64,000 bases of DNA from NCBI GenBank assembly GCA_038207085.1, contig JBBRAE010000001.1, positions 64,001 through 128,000 of the forward strand, in the 5' to 3' direction. The notes under the pieces are model-generated. The model was not told the origin of the DNA and did no database searches. It saw only the letters and a list, made by a program, of their open reading frames with translations. How positions within the stretch are numbered: position 1 is the first letter of the stretch; every line of letters begins with the position of its first letter. A program made the translations under genes and the position numbers. Source of the DNA: Armatimonadota bacterium (lineage in GTDB: Bacteria; Armatimonadota; UBA5829; DTLH01). Below, piece after piece: positions 49,401 to 57,500 of the stretch.

Positions 49401-50309
49401 GACCTCGTCCTGCATGAATTGGAACGCCGCCGGATCCCGGAAGAACTGGGTTACCCCTATCAGCAGTTCTTTGAAGAGGGCATCAGCCTCCCCCGAGCTT
49501 TGCTCCAAGTAGCTGGCGTAATTAGATATCCCGCTGACTTGCATTAGGCCGGCGCGCTTTTCGATCCGCCGGTAGAGAGTGCTCTTCTTGTAAAGGGAAA
49601 AATCATGGCCGGTGCGAACGCTCAGCAGGCGTACAATCTTCTGCAACGCCCCGGGACGATGATCTTCACTCTCCAAAGCCTCTTCGCGCAATATTGGAAC
49701 GTGGTTGATGTATGCGATGAGCTCTTTGGGTAGATCGTCAATCGGCGCAACACGATCCACCTGTCCTGTGCCGATGGCGCTTCTGGGCATTCCGTCGTAA
49801 TTTGCCGAGTCGGGGTTTTCCACCAGAACAACACCGGAGACTTCCTTGATGGCCCTCAGCCCGAGTGTGCCGTCGGTGCCCATACCGGAAACGATGACCG
49901 CGATACTCTTGTCACCACACTCAGCGGCCAGACTCTGGAAGAACGAGTCAATTGGCAGGCGATGGCCGTGTGACTCGGAAGGCTCGCTTAGGTGAAGGCG
50001 TCCGTCGGAAATCGAGAGGTCGGTGTTTGGAGGGATAATATAGATGTGATTTTGCTCGACCGTAACCCCGTCCTTAACCTGTCGGACGGGCATTGTTATG
50101 GAACGCTGCAGCAGCTCAGGCATAAGGGACTCATGGGTCGGGTCAAGATGCTGGACAACCACGAAAGCCATACCGGTATCGGGCGGAATGCCGGCGAAGA
50201 AGCGCTCGAATGCCTCCAGCCCGCCTGCCGATCCGCCGATGCCCACGATGTAGCTCGGGGCCTCTCTTGTATCGATCGGTGAACCCACTGTCTTTTTTTG
50301 TTCATTCAT
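46500..50309 (-). CDS. CheB-CheR fusion with coiled coil, PAS, GAF and SpoIIE/PP2C phosphatase output
   Basis: GIGGSAGG/VQHL/SGMGTDG (CheB S-H-D); WVPACSTGEEAYS, ATDID, SCRNLLIY (CheR); NEELQS repeats; GGDFYD, GDVSGKG, YTDG, DDAA (PP2C). Confidence 0.92.
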   Translation of the reverse strand: MNEQKKTVGSPIDTREAPSYIVGIGGSAGGLEAFERFFAGIPPDTGMAFVVVQHLDPTHESLMPELLQRSITMPVRQVKDGVTVEQNHIYIIPPNTDLSISDGRLHLSEPSESHGHRLPIDSFFQSLAAECGDKSIAVIVSGMGTDGTLGLRAIKEVSGVVLVENPDSANYDGMPRSAIGTGQVDRVAPIDDLPKELIAYINHVPILREEALESEDHRPGALQKIVRLLSVRTGHDFSLYKKSTLYRRIEKRAGLMQVSGISNYASYLEQSSGEADALFKELLIGVTQFFRDPAAFQFMQDEVIPDVVNSAAEEGSIRAWVPACSTGEEAYSLAIILRECLDRLRPNAGIKIQVFATDIDERAIGVARKGLYPANIEANVSQERLRGFFIAVDDSYMINKMIRDTVVFAPQDLTADPPFTRMDIVSCRNLLIYFGPELQKKVIPIFHYALNPRGVLFLGTAEGIGGFDELFSTIDGKCKVYRRNDSVATRTQLMEIPSRAPFALAHKSQKLETEVTTVVGEALRRTLLERYAPPSVVVNASGDILLVSGKTGKYLEPAEGKANWTVSAMAREGLRLELPGAIHRASTHKTEVVLNGLSVKTNGDYQVVNVTVRPLQQPDNEGELLVVTFEDAVPPETVETATKSSDDSDATNTELNRELSHTKERLQATLEEMDSTSEELKSSNEELQSTNEELQSTNEELTTSKEEMQSLNEELVTLNTELQSKVYDVTALNNDIVNLMNSTQVATIFLDVELRIKRFTPAVVGTFNLRTIDVGRPITDITQILRYETIEQDVHEVLDTLTPHERQVESNDGRWFIMRIMPYLALGNVIDGVVITFGDITQLKHWEQMLLKSGSLSRALNVIHVAINSSLDFDKVMRTVVVKAAEAIGVELGMIVVCEDDQWVVRYVSDKEKLQLGVRFTAEQAPYHALISETTEPTAINDTSKDPGICSEMCKDYGMQSILGIPLLAVGKLLGVLSLVSTSNPITFTDADLDFAHKLGLAVSLALTNSRLYESERQAKLEAEMARLILVEDHSLLQKTLLPGKPHETAGYKLAARFIAGAVGKSIGGDFYDVFETEDGRTAILIGDVSGKGIEAAALANSIRSTVRAFAYDLGDPAQALTHANAVINQSPMSEHFATALLAVLDPETGEFTYANAGHPPTMVRRASGKVDLLNYGQFPIGVAGQVDYQQYESNLAAGDLLVMYTDGISEARSASKMFDIEGITSTLEKCRHYPPEKTLETLFEAALDLCGGLLADDAAVVIIERDRE

Positions 50310-50626
50310 TATCTGTATATCCTGCGGCTAAGCCGAATGGAGTAGAACACCCCGAATCGCCACTGTCGGGCACGACTACCCTCGCGAACCCAAACAACCT
50401 TTACAGTATATCCGAAGTATACGAAAACTATCCCATCTGTATGGCCGCCACTGACATACAGTATACGCTTATTTTGGTGATAAAGTCTACGGCCCATGGC
50501 GTCCCCAAAATGGCGATTGCTTGCGACCGAATCTTGCCCCGTAGTTGAAATATGTTTGACAGGCTCAGCATTTGGGGCATATTACACCATCAGACGGGAA
50601 GTCACCCGCAAAGGAATCGCAAGATT

Positions 50627-51073
50627 ATGAAACGAACTCCACTTCTCCTAAAGGGACTTATCTTCTTAGTTGCCCTTACAACGTTGAGCATGGTGTCAGT
50701 GTTCGCGACAGCAGCCGGATCGAAAGCTCAGGAAGCCCGCTACAACAAGTCGGTAATGCACGTGACGATTGCTCTTACGGGCAAAGGCATTGTCGCAACG
50801 CCCGCCTCGCTAAAGCCTGGCAACCACCTGCTTACCATCAAGAACAACACCAAAGACTCCCGTGGCATTGAGATGATCGGCATAGACAAAGCTGGCTCCC
50901 CGACCGTGCGTTACACCAAAATACTTAAGCCCGGGAAGAGCGAAGCGTTCAGATGGTACTTCGCTGAGGGCAATACTGTCTACGTCAGGGATATCATGAG
51001 TTGCAGCCATGATAAGATGAACTGTACGGTGGTGGGTTTTGGCCAGATGCGTAAGGCCATACATGTCAGATAA
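50627..51073 (+). CDS. Secreted hypothetical protein (possible cupredoxin-like beta fold)
   Basis: Signal peptide; PASLKPG..LTIKN...ILKPGKS pattern; fold call is inference. Confidence 0.55.
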   Translation: MKRTPLLLKGLIFLVALTTLSMVSVFATAAGSKAQEARYNKSVMHVTIALTGKGIVATPASLKPGNHLLTIKNNTKDSRGIEMIGIDKAGSPTVRYTKILKPGKSEAFRWYFAEGNTVYVRDIMSCSHDKMNCTVVGFGQMRKAIHVR

Positions 51074-51107
51074 CAGCCACACACAACAGTCCATTGAGGG
51101 CCTTACA

Positions 51108-51542
51108 ATGAAAAAGCACATCAATATAACAGTTTTTACAGTTCTCTTGGCCGCACTTGCCTGTTCAATCGCCTGGTCAGATGGACCTCGGGAGGTCAGG
51201 CTCGGGAACGAACTCCTCCTGAGAGTAAGGTGCGCTGCGGGAGGTTATTCGGTCGATGAGCGAGCGGATGCGCTCCAATCTCGGGCAAACAACCTGCTGC
51301 AAGGTGGCAAGAATGTCAGAGCGTTCAGTGTAAGGCGAGCTGGCACAGATTCCAACATCTACGCTGACGACAAGTTCTTTATGACGGTGACGCCCGCCGA
51401 TGCCAAGGCGAACGGCACAACCAGCGAGACGCTGGCCAATATCTGGGCGGAACGCCTCCGCTTAATCTACCCCAAGTCTACCCCGGATATGGCTGGAGTC
51501 GGCAGGCCAGGTCAAGTGGACGCGCCGGACAACGCACAGTAA
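51108..51542 (+). CDS. Secreted hypothetical protein
   Basis: Signal peptide, RBS GAGG; GGYSVDERAD...TVTPADAKANG...LANIWAERL. Confidence 0.65.
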   Translation: MKKHINITVFTVLLAALACSIAWSDGPREVRLGNELLLRVRCAAGGYSVDERADALQSRANNLLQGGKNVRAFSVRRAGTDSNIYADDKFFMTVTPADAKANGTTSETLANIWAERLRLIYPKSTPDMAGVGRPGQVDAPDNAQ

Positions 51543-51584
51543 GTAAGGGACCGCGCAGGTAGCGCCCTCGGCCCGGAATAACAG

Positions 51585-51665
51585 CTAACCCGCTTTATTC
51601 GTGAAGAGAACAAAGCTTTCGCTAACAGAGCATTATTCACTCTACTCGTGAATAATGCGGGCTAA
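51585..51665. mobile_element. 73-bp twin-hairpin element, copy 3 (CTAA flanks included)
   Basis: About 9 substitutions versus copy 1, same length, flanked by CTAA on both sides. Confidence 0.78.
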
Positions 51666-51827
51666 CTCTCTTGGTGCACCGGCAGTTTGCTGCCCCCATG
51701 CATTCCAGCATCGAACGCTGGAACACCTACTCCGGCTGGAAGCCATCGACCTCTGTTGAGTCCGATTGCCTTTAAGCACGCTAACTCTGGCAAAACACTT
51801 GTAAAGTGAACAAGATAGGACAATATT

Positions 51828-52814
51828 ATGAAACACACCAATCGATTCCTCGTGCCCGCACTGATTACGGTGCTGGCTGTTACGGCGCAGGCCGCGACTG
51901 TTATCCAGAAGGGCACCGTTATCCCTGTCACGATGGACAAAGCGCTAAGCTCTGCGACCGCCCGAGCCGGCAGCACATTCTACGCGCACCACAACGGCGT
52001 CAACGGCGCTGGTTTCCCGGAGAACACACAGTTTACCGGCAAAGTGGAGTCCGTCACCCGTGCTTCAGGCAAGGATGCGGGGCAGATTGACGTAGAGTTC
52101 GTATCGGTCAAACTTCCTGGTGGCGCATGGGTGCCCATAGAGGGTCAGCTTACATCCCTGGACAACAAGAGCGTCAAGCTCGATGACGCCACAGGCACGC
52201 TTGTAGGCACCAAAGAGAGCAACAACCGGACCAAGTTCATCGCGATCGGCGCAGGGGCAGGGCTCTTGATCGGTCAGCTTGCAAACAAGCATGCCGCCAT
52301 TGGTGGGATACTCGGCGCGGCTGCGGGATACTTCTATGGTGAGAAAACAGCCAAGGCTGCTGTCGGTAAGAACGTTGTGGTTGCAGCGGGCACGCGATTC
52401 GGCATACTTCTTGAGAAAGATGTAACCCTTCAGAGCTCCAGTTCTGCACTCAGCCCCGGCTCGTTTGGAGCAGGCACGGGTTCGGCTTCAGGCTGGGAAG
52501 TAGCCTTCGATGGCCTTCAGCCAAGAATGAGTGGAAACGATCTGATGGTGCCGTTCCGCTCCGTGATGAACTCGATCGGTATCCCGTTTAGCTATAATTC
52601 AGCGAGCAGGCAGATCAGCGTCAACGACTACGAGGCAGAGGCGCTGCACACCGTGGGGACGAGAATCATAGAGCTTAACGGTGTGGACACCAGGATGGAT
52701 ACCCCGTCCCGTTTAATAAATGGAGCGCTCTACGTTCCTGCAAGCTACATTGAGCTGCTGACCAACAGAACAGCCTACTGGAACCAGAACTCCCGAATTC
52801 TCCGAATAGAATAG
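51828..52814 (+). CDS. Secreted protein with glycine-zipper segment and C-terminal copper amine oxidase N-terminal (stalk)-like domain
   Basis: Signal peptide; IGAGAGLLIG...IGGILGAAAG; MVPFRSV...INGALYVP..WNQNSRILRI. Confidence 0.72.
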   Translation: MKHTNRFLVPALITVLAVTAQAATVIQKGTVIPVTMDKALSSATARAGSTFYAHHNGVNGAGFPENTQFTGKVESVTRASGKDAGQIDVEFVSVKLPGGAWVPIEGQLTSLDNKSVKLDDATGTLVGTKESNNRTKFIAIGAGAGLLIGQLANKHAAIGGILGAAAGYFYGEKTAKAAVGKNVVVAAGTRFGILLEKDVTLQSSSSALSPGSFGAGTGSASGWEVAFDGLQPRMSGNDLMVPFRSVMNSIGIPFSYNSASRQISVNDYEAEALHTVGTRIIELNGVDTRMDTPSRLINGALYVPASYIELLTNRTAYWNQNSRILRIE

Positions 52815-52891
52815 GAGCGCCTTGGGCGCTGGGCAAACGGCAGCACTGTAAGGGTGAAGGGATGCATAAAGGCAAATCGAAGGTCAATTGA

Positions 52892-53086
52892 ATGACGGCC
52901 AGTGCCCCTCCAAGGAGAAAGCAACTGTCACAACAGATACTTGAGACGCTGACCATCAGCAAGGATATAGCCGCAGGCAACTATCCGACCAGCCAGGAGT
53001 CTGAAACCGCCTTCAGAGAGTTGGAGAGATTCGAAAAGCTTGTCCATTTGGGCAAAGACTACTACTCCGAGGAAGACGAGGCCTGA
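52892..53086 (+). CDS. Small hypothetical protein
   Basis: 64-aa co-oriented ORF followed by an 11-bp hairpin (TATTGGGCGAT/ATCGCCCAATA). Confidence 0.35.
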   Translation: MTASAPPRRKQLSQQILETLTISKDIAAGNYPTSQESETAFRELERFEKLVHLGKDYYSEEDEA

Positions 53087-53202
53087 GCAGTATCAGATGG
53101 GGAGTATTGGGCGATGGGCTCGCGGGCCGATCGCCCAATACAGACGTGGTGGGATATTACGGCAAGCTCGGTCTATATGGCCGGCAAAGGACAGACACCC
53201 AA

Positions 53203-53643
53203 ATGGATGATAATGATAATAGACCAATAACACCCGAGGAGGCTAATGCGCTTCACGCGAAGGCCGCAGGGGCTGCCATAGAACGAGACGTGGCGATCAT
53301 TGTTGCTGCGCGGGCATCGGCAAACGAGGCCACGGCCAAAGAGGCCGCAAGTATTCAGAGTGTGGCAGCGCGCAGCGCTGAGGTGCAGGCGTCCGAGATG
53401 AACACACTCAGGCATGTGGCAAATGCAAGAGCCGACCAGGAGGCGCAGAGCGCGGAGACGTCCAGGTTCGGATTCTATCTGCTGACCGGTATCATCCTGT
53501 CGGCGGTCGTGGTGGTGGTCATTTGGCTGGCGACCCGGGCTCCGGAAACGAACGTGTCCGGCCCAAGTGGCGTGTATATGCCAGGACAGACCGGGCAAAC
53601 CTCAACGACACCGTCCAGCCACCAGTCCACCGACGGGCAATGA
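53203..53643 (+). CDS. Ala-rich coiled-coil protein with single C-proximal TM
   Basis: AAGGA RBS; Ala/Glu-rich helix, then FGFYLLTGIILSAVVVVVIWL. Confidence 0.65.
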   Translation: MDDNDNRPITPEEANALHAKAAGAAIERDVAIIVAARASANEATAKEAASIQSVAARSAEVQASEMNTLRHVANARADQEAQSAETSRFGFYLLTGIILSAVVVVVIWLATRAPETNVSGPSGVYMPGQTGQTSTTPSSHQSTDGQ

Positions 53644-53791
53644 GTCGTGGGTTCTGAGCCCAAGGGTGGGCGATAGTTGAATGTAAATGCCGTGGTGGGC
53701 ATAACGGGATTACCCCACCCACTGCGGCCTGACGGAAGTTAGATTTCCGTCTGTTGCGGGTCGGCGAAAGCCGTGCAAGGAGCAGCGAAAG

Positions 53792-54064
53792 ATGATTACC
53801 GAGTGGTCCCAGCAAAAGCTTCAACTTGGGCAACTGATAATACAGAGCCAACGTTACCTGACTACATTCCGCTGGCTGTGGCTGCTGAATCTGGCGGCGG
53901 CGACTAGCGGGGTAGCCACACGTCACTACGCGTTGACTGTCGTTGCGGCTGCATCATCATTCATCGCACTCATCGGGGTGGCCTTTGCTCGAATAGGACA
54001 GAAGACCGTGTCAGAGACAGCCATAGAATCTCAAAGAATTCAGTATAAATTGGAGCCACATTAG
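53792..54064 (+). CDS. Small hydrophobic membrane protein (about 2 TMs)
   Basis: AAGGAG RBS; WLWLLNLAAA and LTVVAAASSFIALIGVAF segments. Confidence 0.55.
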   Translation: MITEWSQQKLQLGQLIIQSQRYLTTFRWLWLLNLAAATSGVATRHYALTVVAAASSFIALIGVAFARIGQKTVSETAIESQRIQYKLEPH

Positions 54065-54245
54065 CGTTTGGCCTTGCGCTGCCAATGGCAGGTCAATATT
54101 TCCGCCCCACGAGCCAGTAACTTCAGGATTGCATCGACTTCCGCTTCCGCTTCCTTCGCCAGTTTATCTGCATGTGCCTTCAGGTCCGGGTACCTGTGGG
54201 GCTATTGGCCTACAGGCCCATCCTTTCTTTGGAGAATTGGTGGAA

Positions 54246-54515
54246 TTGAAAAAAGGATTCACGCTCACTGAACTGCTCGCGGCCATCGCCATAATAGCGA
54301 TCTTGGCCGCGGTCATGTTTCCTGTGTTTTCGAACACGCGACAGACCGCGTGCTTGTATGATATGATATTTCTGGGAAAGTTAAGGCTGCGTGGGCTGCC
54401 ATATCTGGACCGATATATTTCGCGCCGATCAACTGTGTGCTGTGCACCGAGGCAATCCAGCACACCAACCTATTGTGCGGCCCTATTTGAAGGGAGAGTC
54501 AGTATTGAAGAATAG
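54246..54515 (+). pseudogene. Degraded prepilin-type N-terminal cleavage/methylation (DUF1559-like) gene
   Basis: KKGFTLTELLAAIAIIAILAAVMFPVFS..RQTACL, lacking the usual AREKA segment and the remainder of the domain. Confidence 0.6.
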
Positions 54516-57500
54516 ATGTCTGAAAGCCAAATGGACGCGGGCGTGCGAATCTCTGGTCTTTGTCAGTGTGTTCATCGGATTGTGTCTGCCGGTGTTCGCC
54601 GAGAATCCGCCAGCCAACTTTCCACCGCCTACGGAATGGCAAGAGATGTCCGGTGCGCCAACCGCGCCGGGCGATTCCTATTCGGAATCATTCGGCTCTG
54701 CAACCCCGAACGCCAACGCTCCAGTGATTTCCGAATGGAACCTTACCGCCAAGCCGAACGAGACGTTCACTCTAACCGGAACCCGATTCACAAGTCGGAG
54801 CGGAGCACTGGCAGGCAGCGATATCACGGTATGGATTTGGGCCTGGAATGGCACGAGCGGCACGCTCCGCCAGTGCAAGATATGGAAGACCTACGGCGAC
54901 TACCTCATAATGGCCTGCATTCCGAGCGACGTTCCTTTTGGCCAGTATCTTGTGTGGGTTGAGAATCAGGACGGCGTCAGCGCCCCTGTCTGCATCAACA
55001 AGCCGCAGGCGGAGTGGATAGGTCCGCTTGGTCCTTATGCTGCAGCAGGGGACACAAAGCGCGTCTTCGGCAAGAACCTCTCAACTGGGCACGGCACAGC
55101 AACCTCCTTCGTCTATATTCAACCGGCGGCGGGCGGTAGCTTCACCCCCTGCAATGTGACGAATGTCGAGCCCTGTGCTGTTGCCTTCACCATACCGGCA
55201 GGCACAGCTAACGGCAGCTACAAAGTCTTCGTCCATTCCGGTCACGGCGGAAGATACGGCTGGAGCAAGCCCCTCGATCTGACAGTCCAAGGCAACTGGG
55301 TCCGTGGGACGGGCGTATATAACCTGAGTCCAAGCGGTGGCAATGACGCGACGGCGCTCCAAAACGCGATCAACACCGTAAGCGCGTGGACGAACGGGGG
55401 AACCGTCCAACTCGCAAACGGCAGTTATTCCTGCACAAGCACCGTCACAATGAAGAACAACGTCCGCCTCGCCGGCGCGGACAAGACGCTGACGACGGTC
55501 ATCTTCTCGGGATGCAACCTGGAGCTTTCCAATGGTGGGGCGAACCATCTAGCAATCGAGAACATGAATATCATGCCTGCATCCGGTACGTCGTTCAGTA
55601 TGCTATCCCGGTCTGTGAGCGGAGGGAGCTACAACAACGACGTCCTGGTTAGAAACGTCGATTTCAAGTGCAATACCGACGCGGTTTCCAGCGTCCACAC
55701 ATATTTTATGGTTGACCGATTCGAGTCGGATAACTGCACCTGGCAAGGAGCACTTGCCGGCGACGGCCGCGACTGGTACATTCACAACAACACCCTGCAT
55801 GGCGGACGCGGAGACACCGATGGCTGTATGGCACTCCAGCAGGGTGGGACAACCCCTCACGGGCGGTACGTCATCGAATACAACGCGGCCTCTACCCCCG
55901 CCTGGCCAAACCAGGGCGGCAACCGCAACTACAAGGAGTACCTGACCACGGCACAATGGAACCAGCTCATCTGGTGCGCAAGGCTGATCTATTTCCAGAT
56001 GGGATGCGACAGCTACGAGAACTCTTACATCTCGCACAACACCACACAAGACGTGGCGATAGATGACAATAAGGGTGAGACGATCCTCTTGCACAGCTCC
56101 GAAGCCTACAAATACGCCCAGGTTGCGAGCAACTCCGGCAGGACGCTCACTATCAGGACTGATGGCAAGATCGACGGCAATGCAGGATTCACCATAGACG
56201 CGGCCGCATATGCTCCCATGACCAGCGTGCCGAACACTATCGTCTGGGGGGTATCGGGAATCGACGATCGGGCCTACGTCCAGATATGCTACGGGACCGG
56301 CATCGGACAGATTCGGAGGATCGCCTCGCACACGGCGACGACGATCACCGTAGATTCTGATTGGCGGGTGCCTCCGGCGGCTGACTCCCGCATCCAGATC
56401 AACTATATCTACAGAAATCACATCCAATATCAGAATACGTTCAACGCGATGCCGGTAGGATTTGTCAACAAGGGCCACTGTGCGAGTTATGCCGTCAATT
56501 ACGACGGAGGGTGCTTCGGCTGCGTTGCCGAGGGCAACACTAGCAACAGGACGTTCTATGGCGATGCCCTGCAGGGGTACACCGCCAATCCATCCTACTT
56601 CAACGAGATGCGCAATGATGCGAACTACGCGCCGCTGTCTACAGGCAGCGGCATATGCGCGCGGACGACCTACCAGTGGTACGCGGCAAGCGGATCCGTT
56701 GTGGGGCCCGAAGTGATCGGGTGCTACATCCGGGGTGCGATAGAAAAGAAGGGCATTTCGTCTACCTCAATTTCAGACGTCTTGACATCCAATTCAAGGC
56801 ATCTGATCGGCTGTGCGATAGAGGGCACTGCGGTTACCGGAGGCACGAGCAGCGGGAATCTCGATGACACACTTCTTCGCAACAACAGCTTCACCATCAA
56901 TGGCACGAAAGTGGCAATGCAATCCGGCTCTCAGTTGAACCTCGTGGGAAACACCTACTCAGGCACCGGAACAAAGTATAGCGGCACGGTATCTTTCAAG
57001 GACCGGCCGACGCCGGAGTACAGGGTCGCGCATTTCACAGGTATATCGGGTGCAACACTTAGCCCCGTGGTCATCCCGATAGCGAACCTCGGCATCCAGA
57101 ACAGCGTGTGGAGCATCACAGGAACCAGCAACACGTGGATCACGGCATCTGTGGTATCGGGAGGAACGATAGCTCCCGAAGCCGAGACAGGCCAACTGAG
57201 GGTGAGTGTCAACACGTCAGGCATGAGCCAAGGTGTCTATTGGGGCACCGTAAACCTGACCACGACCAACGGTGTCAACTTCTACGTGGGCGTTGAACTG
57301 GACTTGACCTCTGGTAATGGGCCAGAGATAGACGTACAGGGCGGAGGAGTCTCCATATCTGACGGCAGCGCGTCCCCGAACTTGTCCGACGGCACGGACT
57401 TTGGCGGATCCAATCTCGGAAACAGCGTTGATCGGACGTTCACAATCGCAAACCCCGGCAACATAGGGCTAAACCTTACAGGCACGCCCAGGGTCACAGT

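Noticed and set aside
29081..51665. 73-bp repeats as a CRISPR array or integron attC sites
   Set aside because: Copies are kilobases apart with no regular spacers, no cas or intI gene, and no consistent RYYYAAC/GTTRRRY pair.
53105..53140. GGCGATGG resembling the start of a fluoride riboswitch
   Set aside because: Lacks the rest of the consensus and is explained by a simple 11-bp inverted repeat (TATTGGGCGAT/ATCGCCCAATA).
53728..53775. Hammerhead ribozyme core in the structured leader
   Set aside because: Reads CTGACGG rather than CUGANGA, and the GAAA is a hairpin loop rather than a core junction.
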